A DNA stretch of 63,944 bases, filler included, from Thelocarpon superellum (taxonomy: Eukaryota), in the NCBI GenBank assembly GCA_026025795.1. It is 7 parts of 7 records of this genome, joined end to end, with 100 filler letters (N's around TTAATTAATTAA, not from the genome) between each part and the next. Parts side by side here need not be neighbours in the genome. Positions count along the whole stretch, not along the records: positions 9,848 to 19,524 come from JAPEUG010000557.1; positions 19,625 to 29,277 come from JAPEUG010000558.1; 5 more parts are not named here. One strand, given 5' to 3'. Made by a program: the position numbers and the translations under genes. The notes under the pieces were generated by a model. That model ran no database searches. It was not told the DNA's origin and worked only from the letters and a program-made list of their open reading frames with translations. Below, piece by piece: positions 10,008 to 21,973 of the stretch (positions are counted from its first letter, which is position 1; the number at the start of each line of letters is the position of its first letter).

Positions 10008-11556
10008 TCAGTCGATCAAGCCCGACGACGTATCAATCTCTCTCTGCTGCGGCGCGACGTAGCCCCGCCTCCCGCCACCACCGCCGCCGCCATTCACACC
10101 GCCCATGCCCATACCCCCCATGCCGCCTACCCTCGCATCGATCTCGCGGCCCTCGCGGTCCTTGACGGCCTCGACGTGCTCGCGCTCGGCGCGAATGACG
10201 GTCAGCACGCCGCGCAGACTCTCACGCCACGTGTCGAGCCGCGAGGCGACCTCGCGCCACTGCCGCTCGCCGAAGACCCGCGACGTGCTGCGGTGGATCA
10301 GCAGCGTCTGGGATTGCTGCGACAATTTCCCCTCGACCAGCCCCGCCCGGATCACATCAATCACCCACATTTCCACGTCTGCCGTCGGGATCTGTAGCGC
10401 CGAGGCAATCGAGGCGTATGGAAGACTGCGAGAAGGTGTAGAGGAGGCGAGCGAGGCGAGCGTCAGGAGGCGCATCTTCCGGTGCAGGATTGACGGGTCC
10501 AGTGCCGCGCTGCTGAGGACATCGGTGCTGTGTTCCGACAGGAAGTCTTCGTAGTCGTCGAGTTGTTTCGCGTTGAAGATCTCGAGGAGCTCAAAGTAGA
10601 TTGGGGACGTCTTGCGCAGCGTTTGAATGGCGTCGAGCGACGTGAGGTCCTGGAAGTCGAATTGGCTCGGGTTTGAGAGCGCCGCCTTCAACGCCCGCTG
10701 TGCCAACGTTTGACACGCGCTGCTGCTGCACTCATTGGAGTCAAAGGTCCGGAGCGCCCGGAGGAGGTACAGATATGAGTCTCTGTGGAGGATTAGCAGG
10801 ATGGAATATGTGAGAGACGAGAAGAAAGGGCACGCACTCTTCTTCTCCTGCGTCTTCGGCCACGTCGGCAATCTCCAGGAATAGCTTCCGTTGCTCTTCT
10901 TCGTCCGATTCCCACTCGGAGATCCACCGATTCATGTTCTTGAGCTGCGGTCTCAACGACTCGTACATGCCGCTGCGCTTGACCACGCTGAGAATGGCCA
11001 GAAAGACATGATACCGCGTGTCGTTGTCCGCTTGCATGATGTTGAAGATGGTCGTCAGGATGGCCAGCGCCATGCCCGGCCCGTTGGCCGACGAGGACGT
11101 GACGGGGTTTGAGAGGTTGGCGCAGACTTTGGGCAGGAACATGTTGAGGTTGGGCGATTGTCGAATGAGATGGACCAGCAGGTTGTACGCCGCGATGAAT
11201 TCTGCGGAGACTTGTGCATCAGCCTGACCTGCCTCTTCGTCTCCGAGCATCGCAGTGTGGGCCGAAGAGAGATATGCTCGGGGACGAGATATGGTCTCAT
11301 GGGCAGAGGCATGCTATGAGACGATAGGTCGGTACGCACCCTTTTCCGGCGCGGCGTTCAGCACCGCGCTGGCCGTCACCAATCTCTTGAGAGCCTCATC
11401 CTTTTGATTTTGTTCCAGCAGGCGCGACACCTCGCTTTGCACGCTCGGCTCTGTCTCGCTGTTGCTGGGCTTGACATTGTCGATGTATTGCGCCAGCTCC
11501 TCCGCAAGCTCCTCGAAGGGGCCTTCGATCAACAACGTGTTCGTAGGTCCCGGCAT
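10008..11556 (-). CDS. eIF3m: Eukaryotic translation initiation factor 3 subunit M (PCI domain)
   Basis: MPGPTNTLLIEGPFEELAEELAQYID start; PCI motif RKMRLLTLASLA...VEMWVIDVIRAGLVEGKLSQ; two introns (11202-11339 and ~10783-10838). Confidence 0.92.
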
Positions 11557-11911
11557 CGTCGTGGAGGTGAGGCTGGCCTGCGTGCTGCTGTCCCAGCAGT
11601 GAGAAACCGTCCGAGGATGGTACGTTAGGTCGGGTGTTCGCGATGGTCGCGAACTTTAGCCGACCCACAATGTGACTGCCCCACCAATAAATCGAGAACA
11701 ATAAGACGCCGGGTCAAGGAGCAGAGAGGGCGGCATCACATGACCTGGACACAAGGACCTGCCGTCCCACATGAATTCTTTCCACATCATATCGGTGGGA
11801 CCACACCCCAACTTCTCATTTAATCCTACTACTCGAAGAATACAAAAGACCTTGTTTCCGCCCCATACTACGCTACCCAAGCACTCACACCAGGTCTGGT
11901 CTCGCAAGTTG

Positions 11912-13959
11912 TCATTCCCACTCCGCTCCGTTCAGGATGCCCCGGAGTATGGCACTTCCGATGCCTTCGACAGCCTCGGATAGCTCCTGTTCTCCGACGC
12001 AACTTGCCACGCGCTTCTCATCATCCTGACCGGCCCCGAAGCCGCGAGATTTGCTCTTCTTGCTCGGCGTGCTGAGACCCATGAAGGCGCCCGTCCGCCC
12101 ATCTACAGCACTCACCAAGGACAGGGTCTCGAGACTCTCGACCACGTCTCGGAACTCGGTACTGGTGAGGGGATGAAGGACGGCGTCGCGCTTGCACAAC
12201 GACGCGTAGGCGTCAAAGAGCGCGCGCACCGTGGGCGCGGCTCGATCCGCCTTGGATGGCGTGGCCAGGGTGTCGGCGCTCGATAATCGCTTGCGTTTCT
12301 CCAACACCATCAGCGCACACAAGGCCGCTTTCTGCTGGAGGTTCAACGATTGTAGTCGCTGCGCCGTCCCGTTGCCAAATGCCGCCGCCGCCACCCGACC
12401 GATGTGGGCGATGGTGACGCGTGGGGCCGTCTCCACCGTGAGCTTCTGCAGCGGGTCGTCTCTCGTCGGCGTCTTGGACTCGCGGTGAGGGGAGTGGTTC
12501 GAGGACTGAGTGGAAGCGGGCGAAGACAGGTTGGCATTCTCCATCAATGGTGCCTTTGTTGGGGTTGAAGCGCTGCCTTTTCCGTCGGCGTGGTATCTCT
12601 GTCGTGTCTCGCGCTCCACCAGGTCGACCGCACGTCGCGAGATTTCGTAGGCACGCCGTAGATCCCCCGTCTGGCTGGCGACTTTGCGGGCGCAGAGGTT
12701 GATCGCGGCCGGGTGGAAGAATGGGACGTAGTCGGGAGCCGTGATGGTGTCCGCACGCAGCAGCGACCGTAGTCGGGAGGTAAGAACGTTGTTGATCTGG
12801 GTTGCTGAGTACGGTAAGAATGGGAGCAGCTGGGGCTTGAGATTGCGCGTCTTCAGGCGCGGCAGAAAGCGATCGGTCAGGTCCAGGGCATTCGCAATGC
12901 CGACCAAGATCAGGCGCGTGGCCGGCTGGAGGGACCATTCGAACAGGGTATAGAGGAGGTCCAGATCCACGGTCAAGAGGTGGTCGATCTCGTCGAGGAT
13001 CACGATAACGCTTTGCCGGCCGCCCGTCTGGCTCACGCACATGTCCTTGAGCATCTCCATCCCGCCATCCTCTCCTGTTACACCGTCGCCACCCAGATCC
13101 TCCACGAGTTTCGCGTTCAGGTCGTCGCCGTTGCGGATGCTCATGCAGTTAACGTAGGCGAGGCGTGTCGACGTCTTGAGCGCCAATTCCTGGCATACTT
13201 CGTTGACCAACGCGCTCTTACCGGTCCCCGGAGGACCGCTCACGTAGATAGCGCCGCCCGACCAGGTCTCGACCCGGGTATGAATGAACTGGCGGAGCTC
13301 ACTTCTCTCCTCCTCGCGTCCGACCAGCCGACCGGGGTTGCTGTTCCGTACGAAGAGCTGGCGCGCCACATTGTACACGCTGGGGTTGGACGTCGAGGGG
13401 GTGCGCGGAGTGCGAGGCGTCCACGGCTTGCCAATCGGCGTAACCCGGCGGCGTGGAGTGATGGGAACTTTTCCCGCGGTCACGTCGCGATAGCGCGGCG
13501 TCTGCGGGGTGTGTGGGAGGAGATTGACGTTCTCCTTGGCCTTTTCTTCGGGCTTCGGCGAGAGGATCTTGCACGACTTGAAGTGCGTATTGATCTTGGT
13601 CGGTGACAGGGCCACCCAACTGCTGCCGTTGTGTGATTCACTCGGCGTGGCAACTCGCCGACCTTTCCTGGGTGTCTTGACCGCGGCCGGGCTCAGCTCA
13701 TCCACATCGTCGGCCGTATAGCCACGGCGGGCGATGACAAATGGGTTCTCGTTCTCGTCATTGGCCTTGGACCTGCTGGCCGGACACGTGAGGAGGCGAC
13801 GTTTAGCCCGCCACGCCCGAGGGGTCGCAGTCGGCGCCGCTAGACTGTGGATGAGCAACGGACGTGACAGGAAGCGTCGTCGGGGCGCCACGTACCTGAG
13901 GTCCTTTCCGACGTCCATTCCAACGTCCTGCTCCGTTTGCCCAGCACGGAAGACGCCAT
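11912..13959 (-). CDS. CDC6: Cell division control protein Cdc6/Cdc18 (AAA+ replication licensing ATPase)
   Basis: Walker A GPPGTGKS, Walker B ILDEID, GIANALDL, TGDLRRA; many S/TP CDK sites in the N-terminus. First exon MASSVLGKRSR is spliced via GTACGT...TAG. Confidence 0.95.
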
Positions 13960-14189
13960 CGCGGAGGAGACGAGGAGGTGCGAGAGTACCACGGTGGAGG
14001 AGGGGAAGACGAGGAGGGCGCGACGGGCCACAGACGGAGAGAGGAGGAGGCTTCGATCGGCCTGGGGGGGGGAAGAATTGATGGGGTGAAGATGAAGATA
14101 GTGGTGGAGGTGGTGGTGGGGGGACAAAGATGCAGGCGCGTGTTAGAGGTGTAGGAGTACATGAGTACCCGTCCTGCGGTACGGAGGCC

Positions 14190-14275
14190 TCGACCGCGTG
14201 TCAACAGAACGCGACTGCACGCGACGTGTTGAGCGCTAACCACTTTCGGGGATAATTGATGGCCTCCACGCGTGG
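14190..14275. promoter_or_regulatory. MCB-like elements upstream of CDC6
   Basis: ACGCGT at 14268-14273; ACGCGA at 14209 and 14219; 250-310 nt upstream of the CDC6 ATG. Confidence 0.5.
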
Positions 14276-14477
14276 TGGCAATTTACACCTACGGCGTACG
14301 AAGCCAGCCTCATCCGTACTTTTCCTCGCCACGCAGATTGAGATCGTAACTGTCACCGAATGCTGCACGTTATCTGGCTCGTCACTGTCCACATTTCTCT
14401 ACCCGCTCGGAGTTCAAGAGGAATGATTGGATGGCTTGTAGATGGGTGATGTAAATGGATGTATCCACAGAAAAGGC

Positions 14478-17400
14478 TCAACGCCCAAAGTCAAGGCAGG
14501 GAATGACCACGGGTCCATACTGCGCCGTGTTTGCATACGGACCCTCCCCTTGAACCACAAAATTCACTCCCAAACTCAGCTGATTCTTGCCCGGCGCTCC
14601 CGCCCCCCCAAGGAGTCCTGCGTGGTTGACTTTCTCGGGATCGTACGCCACAAAGGCCGTGTAGTTTCGTCGGCCCATCAGACGCTTGCTTTCGCGCTCT
14701 CGCCCGTCGGCGTCCTGGGCGAAGACCTCGAGCATGTCCTCCTTGGTGTCGGACACGGCATTGGAGGTGCGGTGCCCATTGGCCGGCACGTACAGCGCCT
14801 TGTTGCTCGTCTGGAGCAGCTTGAGCACGTACGGCGGCGGGGGCGCCGACACCACCGCGGACGAGATGATCTGGTACATCGTCTTGTGGTCGCCGGGATG
14901 CGCCGGGTCGTGCACCAGTCCCGCCCCGGCGCAGTTGACCGCGCCCGAGAGGAAGGTCATGCGGATGTTGCGCTGATGGGCGATGCCCTGCAGCGTCCGG
15001 ATGAGGTAGGTCCGTTCGAGGTCCTGCCATGCGTCAGTCACGGCGGGAGGCGAGTACGCCGGGCGGCCGGCAGGGGGGGGGGGGTCTCACCTTGGATTCA
15101 TGCGTCCACATGTCCCGGAGCTCGTCCAGCATGTCGATATCACCAAAGGGGCTCAGGATGCCATTCATCAAGCCGGACTTGCCCACGGCCTTCTTGACCG
15201 CGGAGAAGCCTTCGCCCACCACCGTCTTAGCCCCCACCACGCCCGCCACCGAGCTCGTCACCTTGCCCAGCACGTTGTACGCGCCCGTCACCGCCTTCTT
15301 CCCCGAGGCCAGCGTGTTGGCCACGCTCTCGGCCGCGTCCAGGCGCGGGTAGATAATGGGCACGGAGATCATCCAGAGGCAATGCTGCACCGTCGACGGC
15401 AGCGTCGCCACCTTGGGGAAGATGCCTTGGTACGTCGGCCCCGCCATGACCTGGTGCGGGTTGCGCTCCGACCGACAGTCCGGCCCCACGACCACGACGG
15501 CCGGGCCCAGGTACTTGAGGAAGTGCCAGCCCGTGCCCGTGATGCTGAACAGATCCTGGTCGGAGTTGACGTTGCGCAGGATCTCGAGCGTCGTGTGGTG
15601 CTGGAAAAGCAGGTACGTCTCGATGCCGATGCGCCCGATGTTCTTGAACATGTTGGAGAACTGCATGTACTCGGGATAGGAGCCAAAGCCGTCGAAGATG
15701 TCGTGGTCGTCGATCTGCAGCACGTGGGGAATCTGGGCAAAGGCCTCGCGCAGGTGCGGCTGGTCGAAGTGGCTGGTGTAGTAGTGAAAGTAGGCGTGCG
15801 ACACGTCCTCCTCATGCTTGGCCGTCCACACCGCGTTCTTGCGGTTCTCCTTGCCGCTGACGACGAGCCACTGCTTCAGCAGCGGCACCTCCTTCCACAG
15901 CCGGTCGGCGTAGATCTGGTCGCCCAGCCCGAGCTGGGCGTGGAAGCCACCACATTCCACGTGCTTCTGTATGATGTCCTTCCACATGAATCCCACCCCA
16001 CCGAGCCGCTGCCGCTCGTTGGCGTTGATGCCGAGGGAGAAGTCGTTGCCCGAGTGCGCGATGAAACGCCAGTTAGTGTCGAAGCGGCCGGCCACCAGGA
16101 ACTCATAGCGCGTGCAGCCGAGGTGCGAGGTGATGGCGTACGTCCAGCGCGTGCCCTCGGCGTCGTCGAGCATCTGGAGGTCGATGTCGTAGCGGTAGAA
16201 GATCCAGCGCTGGTGGGTGTGGATCGGATTGGCCTTGAGCTGCCGCGGATTCGGCGAGAGGTCCGCGCTCTGGTGGAGGTGGATCGTCGGCGGCTGCGGC
16301 GCGTCGGTCACGAGCAAGATGGAGCCCAGCCACAGGCCGTGCTCGACGTCCATGTTGGTGTAGCGGAGGTAGGGGCCAAAGTACACCCCGTTGGTCGGCG
16401 CCACCCGATACATCTCCACTCCGGCCACCGGCGGGGGCCCAGTGAAGCCGGCGGCCGCGGTCGTGCCCGTGCTTATGCTCATGATGCTCTCCGAGTACCC
16501 GGGCGTCATGGGAGCCATGCCCGGCGACGCCAGCGGCTTGCCTCCGTACACGCTGAGGCTGGGCGAGACCAAGCCAAGCGCGCCGTGCGTGCTGAGCGTG
16601 GGCGACTGCGGCTCCGTCAGATTCAGAGGCGTGGGGCCCTTGGGAAACTCCCACTGGGTGGACTGCGTGGGGAGGTGAATGTAGTAATATTGTCCCGAGT
16701 TGGGATCGAGATGGGAGATCCACCCTTCCGGGAGCGGCGGCGGCGAGGTCGGCAGCACCTCCGACGGTCCCGCGGCGGTAGCTGCGGCGGATGGTCCGGC
16801 GGCGCTAGGCCCAGGAGCGGCCGCAGCGCCGGGTCCCGGTTGAGGAGAAGTGGTCTCAGGACGGGGGTCATTGGCGAATGCGGGATGCTCGGCGCCCGGG
16901 ACCTGGCCCGCCGTCGACCCCGGCGGGCTGGTCGCGACCGCGGTAGCCGTCGCCGCGGCAGCGGCTCCGGCAGCGACACCGGCTCCGGCACCGGCTCCGG
17001 CTCCGGGCTTCTCGCTCAGACGACCTGCGGCCGCGGCCTGCGCGCCGAGCGTCAGGCTAGAGTATGCAGGCGGCGGTGAGGCCGACACGTGCATGCGTTG
17101 AAAGTCTTGTTCCAGGTGCTGTGGGCTCGCCGCGGCGCCGGGCGTGCCGGCGGCCGCGGCTTGGCCGGTGTTGGGCCCGCCCGATTCGCCGGAGCCTTGA
17201 TAGACGGTCGGTGGGCCAAAGGGCTGGCTGCCGGGCAGCTCGGTGGGGGTCCAGGGTCGTTGCGCCACTTCGGAGGTGGCGTTCGGGCCCGGATCGCCCA
17301 ACCGCGCGCCGGGCTGGGCGTACTGGTTGGCGCGTTGCGTGGCGGCAGCATTCTGCGCTTGGAGCCTGCTGAGCGTGGCGGTACCGGCAATGCCGGCGGC

Positions 17401-18111
17401 GGCATAGCGGGCCTCGATGTCGGCGACGGATCCTCCCGCGCCGGGCCCCAGGATGGGCGTTTCCGGCGGTGGAGGCGAGCCACGCTGGGCCTTGGTGGTC
17501 GAGGTCGATGCCGTCGAGCTGATCCGGTTGACCGTCGTGGGGCGCGGCGCCGCCAGACCGCCGCCGGTCGTGGCGTTGCTCGCCGAGGCGGCGCCGGGCG
17601 GTGGAAAGTACTGCAGACGGTAGTCGGCGGCCTGGTCATCGGCGATGGCTTGGCCCGCGCGGAGGGGCGTTTTGGCGAACAGACCATCCCGGTCGGGGAC
17701 GTCAGGAGAGACCGCGTCGGTTCGTGAGCCTGAGCCCGATCCCGGCTTTCGTCGATCGGCGCCATGCGTGCCCACGTCGTAGTTCCCCGGCGTTGGCCCC
17801 GGCGACGCATATCGGTCCGGGCCATCGTCGTCCGGTGGCGGTGAGACCGAGTGCGGGCTCTGGGAGGATTGATACGGTGATTGCGTGCGCCGGGTCGAGG
17901 ACGCATCGTCCGGATAGGGTAGCGGCACGGCGGAACTGGACGCCCCGGGCGGGAGCGGAAAGGAAGGCTGAGAGGCGGAGGCGAAGCTATGTTCGCTCGA
18001 CAGTGAGCCATGCTTGCTGATCCGGAGCGGCTCGACGGTCGGCGTCACGGGTGCGGCGGCCGGATTCTGGATGAACATCTCTTCCTCGGGCTTGCCCTGG
18101 CGATTGAACAT
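14478..18111 (-). CDS. WW-domain / PhoD-like metallophosphoesterase protein
   Basis: WW domain LPEGWISHLDPNSGQYYYIHLPTQSTQWEFP; PhoD-like GDQIYAD, DDHDIFDGFGSY, DCRSER; intron 15024-15090. Confidence 0.88.
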
Positions 18112-19261
18112 GGTGATGGCGAGGCGGGGCGCGGCGGGGCGAAGCGCACCGCAGGATGTAGAAGGGCAGACGCACACGGTAGCCGGACGATCGACGACCG
18201 CCCAGGTGGAAGGGAGACGAGTGACAATGGCAGGGAGGCAGCGAACTTCTGTCAGAGGGCCAGGCACCGGCGAGGCGGATCGCGGTCAGCGTGCGTGGAG
18301 TGGAGGATCGTAGATGTTGCGACGAGCTATTTGTAGGGTCAAGCTGCGGCAGATCGGCAGAGGGGAGCCTCAGTCGGAGACGAGTGCGGCTGCAGTGCCA
18401 GGGCGACCATGTGCTGGGGCTCGCTGCTCGCTGCGGGCTGCGGGCTGCTGGCTGCTCACTACTGTCGGTTCAGTCTGACGCGGCAGGATGGGGGACGAGG
18501 GCATGGGGGGCGGGGGTGCCACTGGCTAGAGCTACGGGGGAGGGGTGATTGCTGAGTGGTCCGGGCCACGGCGGGCGCGGATTGGTCGGCGAGGCCAGAA
18601 ACGAGCGTCGCGGGCGCTTACGGCGATGCGTGCCTGATCTCGCTCGAGCTATTCTACCGGTCGTGGGGTCCGACGACGCATAGCATCCGCCACGAGGCCC
18701 ACCACTAGGATTGTCTCGACTGCGGTCGTGCCGCGAACTGCAGCCGATGCAGGTCGAAGAGACTACCCAGGCCACGAAGCGCGCGTAGAGAGCCGACTAA
18801 ACCGTGGCGTTGGCCTCATCCACTGGGAGACGCCGTGGGGCGCGGTCTGCCAGCTGGGTGACGGCGAGTGGTGAAAGACGTGCGGACCGTGCAGCGACCG
18901 GCGTGGCGTGGCCCCTCGTGGCGAGCATCGTGGCCGGGCAGCTTGGCGGATGCGAGGCTGTCGTTTGGCGCCAGGCGAGGAATCCTCCCCAGGCGATTTG
19001 ACCGGCGTCTCTCTTACCTCATGAGCATACTGCTCGTACGGGTCAGATCTGGAGCTGGGCGCACATGGTGGTAAACTCCCAACAAGCGCCTCATGGACGC
19101 GAGGAGAGACCTCGCTCCCCTTGGATTGCGCGGTCACATTGCGCCAGGTCGGTGTCGAAGGACGGTGTACTACAATTACGGTACCGGAGAAGAGACAATG
19201 CCACCGCGTCGTCCCAAGTAACCAACCCAACCAACGTGAAACACCCTTCCCATCACCACCC

Positions 19262-19524
19262 CTAGCTACGTCGACCCTTCCGCTTCCGCTTGGCCGCGGT
19301 GAGCTTGGCGTCCGGAACGTAGCGGCTGCCCTCATCACCGGAAAAGTCGGCGAATAGGGCCTGGTCTCCTTTCCCACCCAGCTTCATGAACTCGGCCGGA
19401 TCACGGTCGGCGTCCGGGTCGGGCTCCTTGTGCGCCCCCCGCTTGTTCGGGCTCCCCGGGCCGGGCACCTGACTCGGGTTCTTCTCAAAGACCTTGATCG
19501 GCGCGCGGTCGGCCTCGGCGTCGA
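19262..19524 (-). CDS. Probable C-terminal fragment of a gene cut by contig end
   Basis: Open frame with GC3-biased codons running from the gap to TAG; ends in basic KRKRKGRRS. Confidence 0.45.
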
Positions 19525-19624
19525 NNNNNNNNNNNNNNNNNNNNNNNNNNNNNNNNNNNNNNNNNNNNTTAATTAATTAANNNNNNNNNNNNNNNNNNNN
19601 NNNNNNNNNNNNNNNNNNNNNNNN
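19525..19624. other. Artificial contig linker
   Basis: 44N-TTAATTAATTAA-44N. Confidence 0.98.
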
Positions 19625-20406
19625 CGCGCATGACTCGCCCGTGGGGGAGCTGGGCTGTCTGGCGCTTCCTGCTCGGCTCCAGGACCGAGCACCTTCTCGT
19701 GGGTGGGCTCCCTGTCCGCCCATGGGCGGAGGCGAAGAGCAATTTCCGTTCCTGACATGGACCACCAATGATGCCGGGCAACCAGATCGACTCTAATGCA
19801 GACTCTCGCTAGCGCATGCCAGACCCTGTTGACTGCCGTTTGTTTTGGCTTAGCATGGGTCTAGCGAGCTCTTCGGGAGCTTGTCCGTAATTTCTCCATA
19901 CCGAGTCGTGCGATCCAGAGCGGAGAGTTGGACACGGGAGAACCAGTAGAGAGGCAGTGACGGGGCAGTGACGGGGCTATGACAGGGCAACGACGACGGT
20001 GCCGAAGACTCGGCGCGTTGCTTCGCTCGCGCGTCCTCGTGAGTCCCTGCATCTAAGCTGTCTTGGCCCGCGTTGATTTGTCCGTACTACTATTCTCTAC
20101 ACCCAACCATTCGTCGTCCATCCATCGGACCCCATCATTTCCCGCATCCCTTCGCAAGCATCAAGCTAGCCTCTGTACCGGTTGTCTTTGTCCACCGCTG
20201 CCGTCTCGCTATTATCCCTCGAGCGCGCACCGAGTGCCTTGCTTCTTGTAAGCCCACTTCTCTTTCACAATCTGCCTGTCCTTCGTCGCCTCTTGACCAC
20301 CAACCCTCGCAAGATCACTCCTTCTCTTGTGTGTCGACATCAGGTCATTGCCTTCCGCTCATTCCATCCACAGTCCCCCCATCAATCCCTTACCGCCATC
20401 TTCGCC

Positions 20407-21198
20407 ATGCTTTTCGCGAAGGCTCTTCTCGTGGGCGCCTCGGCCCTGATCAGCGCTGTTGCCGCGCAGTCCGACTTGGCCTTCACGTCGACCTTCACGT
20501 CGGTGACGGCCGGAAAACCGGTGTCGGTCACCTACAGTGGTGGCGATAAGACTGCCGTAAGTCTTGCGGCGGATCCGACGCGCAGCTCGATACTGACGGA
20601 GGTCTCAGCCGGTCACCATCTCGCTGCGAGAAGGTCCTTCCAACAATCTCGGGGCGCCAACCGTTTTGACCAGTACGTTTATCTCTGGCAGGATGTCTCA
20701 TTTCAAGCCTAACGCGTTGTCCGTATCATAGGCAGTTCCACCGGCGGCTCGTACACGTGGACTCCTTCAACATCACTCCCGAGCGGTTCCGACTATGCTC
20801 TTCAGATCACCCAGGGCAGTGCCTTCAACTACTGGGGACCGTTCTCCATCACTGGTGGTGCTCCGAGTGGCGCGTCCATCTCGGCCTCAGCGTCGTCCTC
20901 AGCGTCGTCTAGCCTGCCTACGACGGGCCTGAACGGGACCTTGGCCAACGCGACGACGACTTTCCTCGGCACGGCCGCGTCGGCGGGCACGGGCACCCCC
21001 CTGCCGGCCAACACGACATTCTCGTCGGCCACGCTCTCGGCCGCGCCGACGCTTACGACGACCCCGTCCTCGTCCTCATCGCCATCGGCAACCTCGAGCA
21101 CCGTAGCTCCGACCAAGACTGCCGGTGCATCTCGTGCGATGTCGAGCCCAATGGCGCTGGTGCTGATGGGTGTGGTGGCGATGATCTGCTTCAGCTGA
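20407..21198 (+). CDS. Secreted Ser/Thr-rich GPI-anchored cell-surface protein (Kre9/Knh1-like N-terminal beta domain)
   Basis: Signal peptide MLFAKALLVGASALISAVAA; PVTISL..G, YTWTP, YALQITQG, NYWGPFSI; S/T stalk; hydrophobic C-terminus; introns 20557-20608 and 20673-20731. Confidence 0.88.
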
Positions 21199-21973
21199 AT
21201 ATACATTCTCCCGGCATGATCGAGACTTCGTCTCTCTACGGCTCAAATTCCCGGTGTTGGACATGACGTTCGTCCAAGTGAAGAAAGTGGGCCGGAGTGG
21301 ACAGGAGTAGTTGGACGCGGTAGTGGAAAAGAGCGGGGTCATTGATGGATGGACGTGTTTACTTCTTTTTAATGCTGCATCCGGTGGTGGGGGCTCTACG
21401 CACTCGTTGCATGCCAGTCATACAGGGACGGGCGTTGGGAAGTATCGCTTTAGAGGCTGATCTTCTCTTCGTGGGTATTCTTTTCTTTTCTTCTCCACCT
21501 TCACTTTGATTTCGATTCTCTCAATCGGTCGTTGTGGTTTCTTGTCAACGCGAGTTGTCCGCATCGGAAGTCTGGTCACAGATACCGAGACGGATCACGG
21601 CGGAGACGATCACTCTACGACTGGTTCTTGTATGTATTTTGCTGAGGTCCGTCCATCCCGCTCAATCAATCAATCGAGAAGCGAGCCCTGCTCTGCTCCA
21701 GTTCCTCACAATTCCGCTCCGGCTCTTGTGGCGCGAAAGGAAGAAGAAGAAGGAAGCAAATACGAAGGATTCATCCAAACGCGTAGGAGCTGCCCTACCG
21801 TGAACTCGCGTAATAGTACATTCTAGCAAGGCAAGGAGGACTAGTCGCTGATAGATTCCACATGTATGCTTACATATTCAAGTACGACCTTCCATTAACA
21901 TGGTTGTTGTGAATAACGACACGAGCATGGTATTTAAGTGTTCGATGAAGTACCGCGGAGGAAACAGCTGGAG

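Noticed and set aside
15100..17079. 659-aa plus-strand ORF
   Set aside because: Antisense shadow of the GC3-rich WW-PhoD gene.
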